A stretch of DNA of 64,000 bases from an uncultured Collinsella sp. GTDB lineage: Bacteria > Actinomycetota > Coriobacteriia > Coriobacteriales > Coriobacteriaceae. How positions within the stretch are numbered: the stretch's first letter is position 1; every line of letters starts with the position of its first letter. Positions 1 through 10,780 of the stretch are shown piece after piece. The translations under genes and the position numbers were made by a program. The notes under the pieces are model-generated. The model made no database searches. It was not told the DNA's origin and saw nothing but the letters and a program-made list of their open reading frames with translations. The stretch spans positions 9,068 to 73,067 of the forward strand of contig CAUBMI010000001.1 of assembly GCA_958436995.1 (NCBI GenBank), read 5' to 3'.

Positions 1-3000
1 CCGTCATCGGCTCACCAAAGCTCGTAAGCACGTGTGCGTCTTTTCCGAGGTTTTTGTAATCGCTTTCTTTAAAGTTGGTGCCGTAATCATACGTTGCAGT
101 GAAATCAATCTCGAGCTTGCGCTTAACGACGATCGGCACCTGAACGTTGTAGCTCTGACCCGCCTCGGTAAAGGTAACGGTCAGGAGCGTAAAGCGGCCC
201 TTGCCGTTGTCCCAATCGGAGCTTGGGCTAAACGACATATTGTTCTTGCCGTTGTTCACTACGCGAAGCGTGGGATTGTTCGACGCGTCATCGTCCTTAA
301 CGAACACACCATCCTTGAGTTGGAAAACCTCTGCTTTGGCCGTCACGTGCGGATTGGTGCCATTCTCGTTATTCAATCTGCAAGCGTCGGAGAAACCGCC
401 GTTCGTGACGATGTTTAGATAGCTCTTGACCGTCGTATTATCGGTACCCGAGATCACCAAAACGGGAAAATCCGTTGCGACCTTGCTGTCGCTCGCATCG
501 TTGTTCGCATTGAACGTGCTCGCCACGGATTTGGCGTTATAGCTCGACGTATTTTGATAGGCGCCGTTGTCATTAATGCCGGCGATATTGGTGTAGGTAT
601 AACGGTTGGCAACGCCGGGGCTCGACGGATTCTGGATGGCCGTGGCAAGGCCAACGTTCATGCCGTCGCCGAACAGATAACGGCCGGCCGTGTCAGCATC
701 GGAGGCGCGCACAACAAGGCCACTCGTCGGACTCGTCGTGACGTAGGGCGAAACGGCCACCGTCACATTGCCGTTCGCAGCATCGTTGCCATACAGTGTC
801 GCGCCCTTGGCATCGGAAAGCTTGTCTTCATAGGCAGCAAATGCGATGTATGACTTTTTGTTCACTTTTTTAAGGTCGTCGGTGCCGGAAGAATTGCGCA
901 TCAGCTTGAGCGATTCACTCGCACTGTTTGGTCTAATGGCAATTCCTGCGACAAAAACGTTGACGAGATCAGCGGATGAACTATTTCCGAACAAATAGCC
1001 CTGGCTAGTTTGCGCCCCAAAGATATTGCGATCCATGAGCACATTTACGAGCCTAAATGAGCCACGGCCATCGCCAGACACGCCACCAGAACAACTTCCC
1101 AGCGATGAGTTCCATGCAGCGTTCTTGCTACCGGTAAAGTTATTCTCGCCAATGGTCGAGTTCAAAAGCGTGACAGAGTTCGCCGTGTTACCGATCGAGC
1201 CAACAACGCCACCAGAATATGAACCATCGACGACAAGTCCGGTAATAGTTGAATTCTTGACCTCGAGGGCAAGCCCGCCTTTCAGATCACCGATTAAACC
1301 GGCAGAGCACTCACGCGCACCAAGATAGATGTCTTTTATTACACAGCTATCGAACTTAAATGTACCGCCCGAAGCCGCTTCGCCGACTGCACCAGCAACG
1401 TACTTAAGATTATTCGATCCTCTAACACCAAATACCGTTTTACTCTGCACGTCGCCTTGGATGCACAGATTGTAGACAGACACGATTCCATTTTCGGACC
1501 TTCCGATAAGGCCGCCGGTCCCCTCGGTCGCGCTCGATGCTGCCGGCTGAAGCGTGACATTGCTGATCTCCGCCTTTCCGGCACCCTGCGAAGGCGTTCC
1601 AGCATCATCGGTGTTCACCAGGAAACCACCTCCAGCAAGACCCACGACACCGCCGGTCCTTGCGTTAGAAGCAGTTGACATAATCGTGGAATTCTTGGCA
1701 ATAGGCGTGCTCGCCTTTGTCCAAACGCCACCAGCGGAATTTTGGTTCAGCTTGCCGACGAAGCCGCCGACGTTTTGCACGCCAGAAATGTCCATGTTGC
1801 TATAAGAGCAATCGTAAAGCTTGACCGGAGAATAGCGCGTGTTCGAATTTGAGGTGTCATTACGATTCACCAGCAAAGTTGTATCTTTATCAGTCCTGCG
1901 GCTACCATAGCCGGATGCGCCGAGCAATCCGCCAGCGTTATTGGGGCCATTCACCCTGCAGTTATCCATGGTAATTCCTGCATATTTGCCGTAATCTGCC
2001 AGCGAGCTCGCGTTCGCCGTAGTACCCGCAAGCAGACCGACGCCAACCTGCTCATTACCCGCACCACTGGGGGCGCCGGCTGCATTGATATACGTAAGAG
2101 AAATATTGCAGTCATCGAACTTTAGGTTCTGGACGGTATAGCCACCGTTGCCCGCAGCAGCAGCGCCGTCCGTTGCCGAAGTGCCGATGCTCTCCCTCAC
2201 GTTGGTCGAGGCGTACGTTACGGTGCCAAAGAGAGCGCCCACTCCGGTGAGTTTGTAATTATCGTCGGCGTACTCCGTGACCCCATATACCTTGCTGGCC
2301 GCCTTGCTACCGACCTTAATTTTTGCACCGTTGCCGTTGATGCACGCAACAAGCGGCACGATTCGATCGCGGTCGGCGCCCTTACCGGATGCGCATGCGT
2401 TTGAGTAGTAGCGACCCGAAAGGCCCGTGTAACCCGTACCGTAAGGCGTCATGTCATAATCAATGTCCTTGTCCGTGTTCACGAACCGCAAATCCATTCC
2501 CGAGACCTGCGCGGCACAGATGTTGCCCGTCTGCCACGTGGCATACTTCGATACCAGGTAGGGAGAGTTAACATCCAAGCCATCGCCTGCATAGTCGAGA
2601 GCGTTACCCTCCTGGATACCGGGGCTTTTCATGTCATCGTTTTTCGCATTAGCAAAGTCGTCAGCGGCACTCGCCGGCCTTCCAACATGTGTATAGCTCG
2701 CGTTGCGAACTTTGCCGTATTGTTGGTTGCCGAATTTGTACATTCCCGTTGCGTTGCCGCCACCCATGTAGGCACGCGAGCCCGCATACGTTCCATACGC
2801 ATCGTTCGTGGTATTCGTATTCGCCGAACCACCGGCCGCGCCGCTGCTGATAATGGCCGAAAGTACGAGCAGTCCCTGCGAGTCATTGACGGTTGTGGTT
2901 ATGGCGAGGTTATTATTGGTGCCATCTCCCCTATAGCGGCCCTGTGTTGCACCCGTCTCGATGCAGTTCGTTTTCGAAGTATCAAGATTGTTCACCTTGT

Positions 3001-6000
3001 AGTTGCGATCAGTGTTGTTGAGTCTCTTGCTATCGGCAAGCTCGCTGAACGCATAGCCGTCGATTACGCGGCCAACATACGGGTTGTCATAGAGAGAGGC
3101 GCCGGTGCCATGCCAGTCGTTAAGAGCACCATCTCTGTGCGAAGAGTTGCGGAAAATGACGCCACCACCCGCAACAGCACCAACGTAGCCACCAACGGGC
3201 ACAAGGTGCGCGCCGCCGCCATTATCGCCTGCCGCCCCAGCAACGCTAAAGCCAGCATCCGTATTCACCGACACGCCATCGATGATATTGTCACCGCCCA
3301 TGATGCAACCGATCACGCCGCCAAAGAACGCGCCCGGCACACCAGAACCAGATGTATCTTTACTCTTATATGCAATTGAGGCTGGCGTGCCCGAGTATTC
3401 AATATTCAGGTTGCTCACAACGCTGCCGTAGCTATACCGGATCAATCCGGAAAGCGCGCTTGCGCCTTCGGTCTTGTTTATCTTGATGGTCGCTAAACCG
3501 CTGCTTCCCAGGTCGCCAACAACAACCCCTCTGAACGGGTTGCTCTGATTGCCCAAACCCTGGAAGGCGGTGGTATCGAGCACAAGCGTATTGGTACCAT
3601 TTCCCTCGCTATCAACCGGCTCGATACTATAGTAGGCGCTTTGGAGATAGCTGTGCATCGTCGCATCGTCTAGCGCGTTATTGGGGTCAGTGGCACCTTC
3701 CCCCGTCTTCTTCTCCCACTTTTTTTTCGCCTGTTTGTAGATGTACGTCACTTCGTTTTCAGGCTTCTCACTGGACGAACGACGCTGACATAGCTCTTCC
3801 TGATTGGCGGCAATCGTTACTTCCCAACCGTCGATTGCATTTTGCGTGTTGATATACTCAGCAACCGTGTTGAGCTCTGATGCTTTAGTTATGGCATAGG
3901 GATCGCCATAGGTACCGCAGCCCGTCGTAAGCTTGGGCACACGCTGGTTAACTTTGATTTCGTGGTATTGGACTTTGTTTTCGTTGACATTGCCCTTTTT
4001 CACATACGGGAGATAACCACCGAATTGCGGAGTATCCGCATTTGCCTCTTTGTTGTCAACGGTGACGAGGCCAGCGGGGGTCCCATAGGTGCTCTCGTCG
4101 TAGTACCAGAGCTGCTTACCGGAGTATTCGCCCTTCGAGTCGATCTCGCTACCGAATGTGACCTTCTCGTTCGTCTGGTCATCCTTCATAAAGGTATACA
4201 CCGCAGAGCCAGTCTTGCCCTCGCCGTAGCCAAAGCTCTCAAGCAAGCTTGCGCGGGTGAACATCGCGTTATCAGTTGCACTGGGGAGGCTGATCGCGCT
4301 GAATGTTGCCGTCACCTGGTCGGCCGTACTGCCCACACCAAGCCTACCGAACAGTGATGTCGCCGCCTTGGTGTCGCCCCCATACCCCTTGGTTGAGATA
4401 TTAGTTGCGTTCAGATTCACGTACGTCTGCATCTCGTTGATGAGCAAAGGCGCGTAGTCAGTTTTATCGGTTACGCCATCGACGGTCAAGCCATCAAGCG
4501 TAAGATTATCTATAGAGATCTGCTTAACCGAAGTCGAAGACCCGTAAATATAGCGGCACACCAAAGCACCGGACGAGCTTCCCGCATCTTTTACAAGGGA
4601 GCCCACGGTACCGCCCAGCGTGACATTGTTTACCGTAAGGTCGCCCGCATGGGTTCGAATGAGCCCACAATGCATGTTCTCGTGCTGCGTCGCTTCGCTG
4701 TTCTTCTTGTTGCCATTTTGCTCTGCTTTGATTTTGGAATAATGGAACTTGATGTCGGCATTTTTCACCGTCACCTTGGAGCCACTAGCGGGATTACTGG
4801 GATAGAAGCTATATCCATTCATGTCGATAGACACGCGTGTGCCATCGTTCGTGCCAATATTGTTTCCTTGGAAAATCTGCTGGTTTCCCGGAATGATATA
4901 ACTCCGAATATCGCTGGGCGCATACAAATATGCGCACCAGAGCAGCAAGTACTCCGGCGAGTCCATAAAATTCGCCCTGCTATTATTCTCGGGATTATTA
5001 CCCACCTTCGCATATGCCTTATCGAGGTTGTAGTAATACCTCGTCCAGGCATTCGTGTTGTGGTTCTTGCCGAAATCAGAACGGTTGTGATAGCTGTTGT
5101 CGCTTCCCTTCTCGCCGCTCATGTCGAGCTTACCCTCATTAACGTCGTCTTTGGTATGCAGAGAAACGACCGTGTTCCATTCGCCGTCCATGAGCTTGCT
5201 GCCCGGCTTTACGCCATTGCCCACCCACTCGTCGAAGGTCGTTATATCGGGTGCCGTAATCTTGATACCAGAAACTTTGTATGCAGTTCCCCAATATGCC
5301 CTATCTTCCAGGTACAAACCCGTATAGGACTCGGAGCCATATACTCCAGAAGCCACCTTACTGCCGCGGCCAACGAGCAGACCAAGCGTTGTAGCGCTCT
5401 CGGCATTGATGGTTGCACCAGAAAGATCGATGGCATAGTTGTTGATAACCCAGTGACCGCTGGCTGCATATACGAGCCCGCCGAGTTCACCTGAGCTGTT
5501 TGCTGTTATGGAAGCGTTGTTCGTCTTGAGAGCATACGTGCTGTCGCTGGTGTTTGCGCTATCCCCGATGGTGACAACCGTATTGCCCCAGCTGTAGCCC
5601 AAAAGACCGCCAGCGCCGTTCTTCGCGTCACCGTTCTTGCCAACGGTCATGCTGAACGAATTGAACGTAAGTCCTGTGATGTTGACGTTGGTCGTATTCG
5701 CCGCGGTGCCCTGAGTGATGCAGCCGATAAGGCCGCCAATCTGGGATTTCTTATTGCTCGCGCTGTCGCCCGCGGTAATCGCATTTTCGCTCGCGGTCGC
5801 GTCACCGACCTCGAGACTCGTCACGTTGACGATAGCGACAACGTCCGCCACATAACCGATAGCGCCGCCAATGCGCGTGTTGCCGTTGAGGGTAGCGCCC
5901 GTTTTGACGGTCGCTTGCGCCTTCGTGCTGCCACTTATGTTGCTGCTGCCGAAAGTAACGGTTCCACCACCCCTCACGCTACCAGCAATGCCGCCAATGT

Positions 6001-8941
6001 TGACATCGTTGCCGAACGTATCATCGCAGGTGATTTTCGGCTTGCACGTAACGCCGCTGAGCGTTGTCTTGCCAGTGATAGTTGCCGCAAGCGAGCCAGC
6101 GTCGACGCCTAAGCCGTTATCGAACTTCATAACGCCATCGACGGTGAGGTTATTCACCGTCGCGCCACCGCCGATAGCGGCAAAGAGGCCCAGACGGCTG
6201 TGCCGGTAAATCTTGCCGTTGCCGGCGGTCGTGTCGTCGGGCGCAATCGGCTTGTTGTCCCGAGTACCGTACGGTTCGCCAATGGCAAGGGTCACAGTAT
6301 TTCCGTTGCCGTTGAAGGTGCCCCGAAACGTTTGAAGATTGTTAGCGCTATCGAACCCAAGGCCCCCAACACCTGTACCCGACAGATTAACGTTGGCATT
6401 AAGGTTGATAGTTACATCAGAACCCAGGAGCTGCACCACATACTTTGGGTCTAAGCCATATATCCCATTCCAAAGGCTGGCAAACTGCACCGAAAGCACA
6501 AGGCATACAAAGTCCTGCGTTGTTTTTATCGTCAGCGTTCGATTGCCATTGGACCATATTCCATCGCTCGAACCAACTTGCCAGCTCCAGTCCGTAGTCG
6601 AAGGTCCCTCAAGCTTGTGCTTATCCATATTGATCTTGATGAGGTCTTTTCTCAGCGTGCGCCCATCGAGCCTAACGACCTCACCATAGCCGCAATCAGC
6701 GTTTTGATCGCTACCCAAGTCATCGATTTTCGTCGCAGGACAACGCTTATAAGCCCAGTAATCGGCGTTGCCGGCATCTGCGGGAACGCTATCGTTTCCC
6801 GTTCCGCGAGCGAACACAAGCGTCGGGTTGGTCGAGCTAACGTTCGTAATTTGAGAAACAGCCTTCTTGTAGGTAAAGCTTTTTTCAGGAGCAAACTTCA
6901 TGCCCGAAAAATCGGTTACGCCGCCCAAGCGAATCGCAGAGCCCCAGCTTTCAGCAGCAATACCCGCACCATTTTGAATCGCACCTTCGTTTTTGACGGT
7001 CACCCCGTTGATGTCGGCAATGCTCCCGTTATCAATGCAACCCGCAACGCCACCGAAGCCTTTGCCCGACTGGGAGAGCTTGGTGCAGTTTACCGAAGCG
7101 CTCTTTACTTCGAGAGCCGCACTCGCGCTTTGATCCTTACCTCGGCCCAGCCAACCGACAAGGCCACCGGTGAATTGCGGGCTAGTATTGAGCTTGAATT
7201 CGGTTGAGACGTCTTCCACCGTAAGCGGCTTTGACGCTACTCTATTATCTCCGTCTCCAACGGCATATCCCGTCACCGAACCGACAAGTCCACCGAATAC
7301 CGCGGCACCTCCTCCATTGCCGTAGGTGCTCTTGAACGTGCCACCCTTGAACGATACAGCCGCCGTCGAATCAACAAAATTCAACTTGCCGATAGCGGCG
7401 CCAACGCCCTTCCACTCGTCGGCTTTACCCGCAAGCGTGACACCTTCGCCCGTTTCGATTTGATTATTGCCGGTAAACTCGACCGAGCTGCCGAAGCTCA
7501 CCTCACCAATAAAACCACCGGTGTTCATGCTACTTGGACTACCAACGAAAGCGGGACAGGTGAACTTCTTACTCTCCGCGCCAAGCGTGAGCTTGGTCGC
7601 CTTACCGATGAAGCCGCCACTGGCGGTGGTGCCCTTGACGGTGAGCATGTGCAGGTCGAGAGCCTCCGTGACGTTGACTGTGGCGCCTGTGTTCGAACCG
7701 ACGAGACCTACGACACCACCGGCGGAACCGCTTGCAGACTGAACGGTAGCAGCGGGAACATTAAGGGTGCCGACGTTCAGAGTCGCGCCATCCTCGACCG
7801 TGCCTACGAGCAGACCGGCATTACCGGAGCTCGTCTTGACGACACCGCCCGCGGCAAGGCTATCGGGAAACTTAACAGACCCCACCGTAAAGGTTCCGCT
7901 CTTGACTGTATTCGCTAAAAGCCCGATGTTTCCCGCTGCATTTACGTTGAGCTTCTCGAGAGAACCGGTAGGGCCATAGGTGATCTCTGTAGTAAGGTCA
8001 CCCATCGCCTCACCCAAAAGGGGTGCCGTCAGAGCGGAAGTCGTATCCGTCCCGTCGGTGCCTACGGGATTCGTGATGTTGACCACAGCGTTGAGCGTCT
8101 TGCCCCCACCGCTGACCTTCGAAGCGATCATCGGCGCGCTATAGGTAGTTGCGCCTACCCACTTTATCTTGACTGTATTGTTTTGGTCAGTCAGCTTGAG
8201 GTTATTAAAAACCGTCCGGTTAGTCGTAAGCTCAACAGGGCTATCAACGCCATTCAACGACCTATAGATTTTGCCTTCAAACGGATGCTCATCACTGCCA
8301 AGGCCCTGGAAAGACATGCCGTTCTTAGCCGACTCGGTGAGCTTCGCATCGCCCGTGATGATAACCTTGATCTGCGCATCATAGTAAAGCGAAGCGTCGG
8401 CGTTAGACAGGACGGCGAACGCCTCCGACGACTTGACATCAAGGCTTCGGATTCCGCTCCTGTCGTCTTTGCGTACGATGTTTTCCGCGCCGTTCGCCTC
8501 GAGCAGCTCGACAAGCTCATCGAGATTTGTAATCGTCGCACCCGCCTGGTCCTCAGCGTCCTCCGAAGTCGCATCATCGGCATCTTGCTCGGCGTCGTCA
8601 GCGGCGGCATCGTCAGCGGCATCGTCGCCTTCCGTCTGGTCGCCCGTGGAATCGGAACCCGTAGCGTTATCGGTGGTATCGCCTGCTGCAGCGTCATCCT
8701 TCGCCGCGTCATCCCCAGCACTGTCGCTTTCGGCGCCGGTATCACTCGACCCAGACCCGGTCGTGACATCGCTCTTGGTCTCGCCGCTCTCGGCTGCGTC
8801 CGATGCCTCCGCAGCCGCGGTGGCAATCTCGCTCGAGATGTTCTGCCAGCCTGCCGCCACGGCGGCGACCGTGGGCGAACATGCCTGGAGCACCATGACC
8901 ACCGTCATGAACTCTGCGAGTATGCGCTTTGCCGTTCTCAT
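1..8941 (-). CDS. Giant (>2,980 aa, 3'-truncated by window) secreted protein with GLUG-like 'AGGLLG/VGGVVG' repeats; probable beta-helical adhesin/surface protein
   Basis: ATG at 8941 with GAGG RBS (MRTAKRILAEFMTVVMVLQACSPTVAAVAA..., signal-peptide-like), then an acidic D/A/S/E linker. The same frame still reads sensibly at the window edge (...YDYGTNFKESDYKNLGKDAHVLTSFGEPMT). The track lists no minus ORF in this frame, consistent with no stop before position 1. Spot-translated motifs: GSAGGVVGLV, GPNNAGGLLG, NGAGGLLGY, TGCGTYGDPYAI. Confidence 0.85.
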   Translation of the reverse strand, partial: MRTAKRILAEFMTVVMVLQACSPTVAAVAAGWQNISSEIATAAAEASDAAESGETKSDVTTGSGSSDTGAESDSAGDDAAKDDAAAGDTTDNATGSDSTGDQTEGDDAADDAAADDAEQDADDATSEDAEDQAGATITNLDELVELLEANGAENIVRKDDRSGIRSLDVKSSEAFAVLSNADASLYYDAQIKVIITGDAKLTESAKNGMSFQGLGSDEHPFEGKIYRSLNGVDSPVELTTNRTVFNNLKLTDQNNTVKIKWVGATTYSAPMIASKVSGGGKTLNAVVNITNPVGTDGTDTTSALTAPLLGEAMGDLTTEITYGPTGSLEKLNVNAAGNIGLLANTVKSGTFTVGSVKFPDSLAAGGVVKTSSGNAGLLVGTVEDGATLNVGTLNVPAATVQSASGSAGGVVGLVGSNTGATVNVTEALDLHMLTVKGTTASGGFIGKATKLTLGAESKKFTCPAFVGSPSSMNTGGFIGEVSFGSSVEFTGNNQIETGEGVTLAGKADEWKGVGAAIGKLNFVDSTAAVSFKGGTFKSTYGNGGGAAVFGGLVGSVTGYAVGDGDNRVASKPLTVEDVSTEFKLNTSPQFTGGLVGWLGRGKDQSASAALEVKSASVNCTKLSQSGKGFGGVAGCIDNGSIADINGVTVKNEGAIQNGAGIAAESWGSAIRLGGVTDFSGMKFAPEKSFTYKKAVSQITNVSSTNPTLVFARGTGNDSVPADAGNADYWAYKRCPATKIDDLGSDQNADCGYGEVVRLDGRTLRKDLIKINMDKHKLEGPSTTDWSWQVGSSDGIWSNGNRTLTIKTTQDFVCLVLSVQFASLWNGIYGLDPKYVVQLLGSDVTINLNANVNLSGTGVGGLGFDSANNLQTFRGTFNGNGNTVTLAIGEPYGTRDNKPIAPDDTTAGNGKIYRHSRLGLFAAIGGGATVNNLTVDGVMKFDNGLGVDAGSLAATITGKTTLSGVTCKPKITCDDTFGNDVNIGGIAGSVRGGGTVTFGSSNISGSTKAQATVKTGATLNGNTRIGGAIGYVADVVAIVNVTSLEVGDATASENAITAGDSASNKKSQIGGLIGCITQGTAANTTNVNITGLTFNSFSMTVGKNGDAKNGAGGLLGYSWGNTVVTIGDSANTSDSTYALKTNNASITANSSGELGGLVYAASGHWVINNYAIDLSGATINAESATTLGLLVGRGSKVASGVYGSESYTGLYLEDRAYWGTAYKVSGIKITAPDITTFDEWVGNGVKPGSKLMDGEWNTVVSLHTKDDVNEGKLDMSGEKGSDNSYHNRSDFGKNHNTNAWTRYYYNLDKAYAKVGNNPENNSRANFMDSPEYLLLWCAYLYAPSDIRSYIIPGNQQIFQGNNIGTNDGTRVSIDMNGYSFYPSNPASGSKVTVKNADIKFHYSKIKAEQNGNKKNSEATQHENMHCGLIRTHAGDLTVNNVTLGGTVGSLVKDAGSSSGALVCRYIYGSSTSVKQISIDNLTLDGLTVDGVTDKTDYAPLLINEMQTYVNLNATNISTKGYGGDTKAATSLFGRLGVGSTADQVTATFSAISLPSATDNAMFTRASLLESFGYGEGKTGSAVYTFMKDDQTNEKVTFGSEIDSKGEYSGKQLWYYDESTYGTPAGLVTVDNKEANADTPQFGGYLPYVKKGNVNENKVQYHEIKVNQRVPKLTTGCGTYGDPYAITKASELNTVAEYINTQNAIDGWEVTIAANQEELCQRRSSSEKPENEVTYIYKQAKKKWEKKTGEGATDPNNALDDATMHSYLQSAYYSIEPVDSEGNGTNTLVLDTTAFQGLGNQSNPFRGVVVGDLGSSGLATIKINKTEGASALSGLIRYSYGSVVSNLNIEYSGTPASIAYKSKDTSGSGVPGAFFGGVIGCIMGGDNIIDGVSVNTDAGFSVAGAAGDNGGGAHLVPVGGYVGAVAGGGVIFRNSSHRDGALNDWHGTGASLYDNPYVGRVIDGYAFSELADSKRLNNTDRNYKVNNLDTSKTNCIETGATQGRYRGDGTNNNLAITTTVNDSQGLLVLSAIISSGAAGGSANTNTTNDAYGTYAGSRAYMGGGNATGMYKFGNQQYGKVRNASYTHVGRPASAADDFANAKNDDMKSPGIQEGNALDYAGDGLDVNSPYLVSKYATWQTGNICAAQVSGMDLRFVNTDKDIDYDMTPYGTGYTGLSGRYYSNACASGKGADRDRIVPLVACINGNGAKIKVGSKAASKVYGVTEYADDNYKLTGVGALFGTVTYASTNVRESIGTSATDGAAAAGNGGYTVQNLKFDDCNISLTYINAAGAPSGAGNEQVGVGLLAGTTANASSLADYGKYAGITMDNCRVNGPNNAGGLLGASGYGSRRTDKDTTLLVNRNDTSNSNTRYSPVKLYDCSYSNMDISGVQNVGGFVGKLNQNSAGGVWTKASTPIAKNSTIMSTASNARTGGVVGLAGGGFLVNTDDAGTPSQGAGKAEISNVTLQPAASSATEGTGGLIGRSENGIVSVYNLCIQGDVQSKTVFGVRGSNNLKYVAGAVGEAASGGTFKFDSCVIKDIYLGARECSAGLIGDLKGGLALEVKNSTITGLVVDGSYSGGVVGSIGNTANSVTLLNSTIGENNFTGSKNAAWNSSLGSCSGGVSGDGRGSFRLVNVLMDRNIFGAQTSQGYLFGNSSSADLVNVFVAGIAIRPNSASESLKLMRNSSGTDDLKKVNKKSYIAFAAYEDKLSDAKGATLYGNDAANGNVTVAVSPYVTTSPTSGLVVRASDADTAGRYLFGDGMNVGLATAIQNPSSPGVANRYTYTNIAGINDNGAYQNTSSYNAKSVASTFNANNDASDSKVATDFPVLVISGTDNTTVKSYLNIVTNGGFSDACRLNNENGTNPHVTAKAEVFQLKDGVFVKDDDASNNPTLRVVNNGKNNMSFSPSSDWDNGKGRFTLLTVTFTEAGQSYNVQVPIVVKRKLEIDFTATYDYGTNFKESDYKNLGKDAHVLTSFGEPMT

Positions 8942-8981
8942 CGATTCCGTACCTCTTATCCTAAAAACTCTGCTTCCAGAG

Positions 8982-9926
8982 TTATTGAGTCTCCGTCGTG
9001 CCCGTCAGGGTAGTTCCGCTCACCCTAATGCCCAGGTCACCCCAGTCACCGGGCGTCTTGCCGTCCGCTCGGTAAAAGTTGACGATCATCGAGCCAGGCT
9101 CCATGGTGAACGTAACCGTGTGATTTGTTTTATCCGCCGTCACACCATGGTTGGTCTCGAAGAACGGATCGATCTCCACGTTCTCCCCCCACGTGAGCGT
9201 GACGTTTGCCGGTGCGCCCGTAACCGTCACACGGTAGTTGTACGCAGCGTAATCAGCAAACTTGCCAGCCTCATCAACCAGCGCGCCCTCAACCGCAGCG
9301 GTTTTGACCTCGGCCTTCTTTGACGGCACGACTTTCGCCGCCAGACAGGTGAGCTCGGTGCCGGGGCTCTCCTTCGAAACAACCATGGCCTTAATCACAA
9401 AGTAGGCATGTCCCAACTTGTCCTCAGGAAAGGTCACGGTGTAATCGTTCTTGGTAGGCTGATTCTCCGGAAGCTTGACGTTTCCGGCGGGTTGGGGCGC
9501 ATAGCTCCACGTGGCACCATCGAGCCCATACCCCTCGACCGTCAAGGTATACGTCACGTTTTTATCGTTGCAGAAGTTGCTGTTGCTCAGCAAATAGTTA
9601 TAGATGCTAAAGGTGAAGCTGCACTGCTTGTTGTTGGGATATACCGTAACGGAGCGCTGGGCGCGGTCGAGCTCGTCGTTGCCAGGCGCACTCATATAGC
9701 CCGTGAGCAGGTCGCTCGCAAACAGGCTCTGCGCGGTGCCCGTTGCGGCGACGGACTTTAGAAATCCGTTGGCGGTGTAGGCGGAATAGGTAAAGTAACC
9801 ACCCGTCACGAGCGCCACGGCGCAAGCAAGTGCGATTGCTGCCACAACCAGCTTATTCTTGGCTTGGCTCTTGCTTTTTGCCAGCTGCTCGCGCTCGGCA
9901 TCCTGCTGCTTCTCTCGCTTCTCCAT
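8982..9926 (-). CDS. Exported protein with SipW-class (TasA/camelysin-like) signal peptide
   Basis: 314 aa; basic N-region, hydrophobic helix ending GGYFTYSAYT; beta-rich mature part; GGAGAGGGG RBS. Confidence 0.7.
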   Translation of the reverse strand: MEKREKQQDAEREQLAKSKSQAKNKLVVAAIALACAVALVTGGYFTYSAYTANGFLKSVAATGTAQSLFASDLLTGYMSAPGNDELDRAQRSVTVYPNNKQCSFTFSIYNYLLSNSNFCNDKNVTYTLTVEGYGLDGATWSYAPQPAGNVKLPENQPTKNDYTVTFPEDKLGHAYFVIKAMVVSKESPGTELTCLAAKVVPSKKAEVKTAAVEGALVDEAGKFADYAAYNYRVTVTGAPANVTLTWGENVEIDPFFETNHGVTADKTNHTVTFTMEPGSMIVNFYRADGKTPGDWGDLGIRVSGTTLTGTTETQ

Positions 9927-9940
9927 GTGCGCCCCCTCTC

Positions 9941-10780
9941 CTACTTACCGCTCGTGTTGCGCGCGATCAGGTAGATCACATCGGTCTCTTTGGCGCTCTC
10001 GTCCCACGAAAGCTTGATGATAAAGTTGAGCGTGTCATTGTCAGTCGAGCCGTCGAGCGTCTTAGCGTTGAGTTCGCTCTTGCCGAATTTCTTGTATCGG
10101 TAGAGCGGGCGCGCGTTGCGCTGGACGTTTTGATAGTCCTTGAACGTAGGGTCGCTTGCGCCCTCGCCCGGCACGGCTGCCAGACCGTCGTTCTCCTTGT
10201 TGATATATTCGAAGCTCGTAAGCAGGTTCTCTCCGGTTGCTTTCCAGCTATAAGATTTGCCGTCTGCGGTACCGCTCACGTCGGGCGTCTGGAGCGCAGA
10301 CGTGTTCTCGGCTCTGTACAGCTCAATAGTGAGACCTGTAATGCTGGTCGTATTCGCGAGTTGCAGCTCAAAACCGTCACCGCCCGTTTGCACGCAAAAC
10401 GCGCGCTTGAGCGTCACCGTGTTGCCAGTCTTGGTATCGCCGTATTCGGGGTTGTAGCTCAGGTCGATCTGCTCTGTTGCCGTAGCGTTGGGGCCCAGCA
10501 CTTTGAGCTCTGCCGGCTCCTTGATCTTGCCGACGGTGGAGCCGCGATTGGCATCGACGAACCATCCGAGCGTCAATCCCAGCAACACGAGAAGCACGGT
10601 AAGCAAGCCCATGATGGCAAGGGATTCGCGACGGTGGCCGCTCACCCAAGCCTTGATACGCTCGATGCGGCCAGCCGGACGCGCTTCGCCGTGCGAGCCG
10701 AACCCGTTGCCGCCGGGGTTTGCCGCTCCTTCGTTGTGTTTGATATCGCCCTGCTCGCGGGCATTAAGCTGCTCGTCCAT
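9941..10780 (-). CDS. Exported protein with SipW-class signal peptide
   Basis: 279 aa; TM helix ending LGLTLGWF; start abuts the upstream stop codon. Confidence 0.7.
   Translation of the reverse strand: MDEQLNAREQGDIKHNEGAANPGGNGFGSHGEARPAGRIERIKAWVSGHRRESLAIMGLLTVLLVLLGLTLGWFVDANRGSTVGKIKEPAELKVLGPNATATEQIDLSYNPEYGDTKTGNTVTLKRAFCVQTGGDGFELQLANTTSITGLTIELYRAENTSALQTPDVSGTADGKSYSWKATGENLLTSFEYINKENDGLAAVPGEGASDPTFKDYQNVQRNARPLYRYKKFGKSELNAKTLDGSTDNDTLNFIIKLSWDESAKETDVIYLIARNTSGK

Noticed and set aside
8870..8941. Lipoprotein lipobox (LQAC) in the giant protein
   Set aside because: Gln at -2 is non-canonical and a signal peptidase I-like AVA/VAA follows; cannot be supported by eye
32..9323. 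Many plus-strand ORFs (e.g. 2687-3379, 4649-5494, 8183-9013)
   Set aside because: Antisense shadows of the giant minus-strand gene; no recognisable motifs
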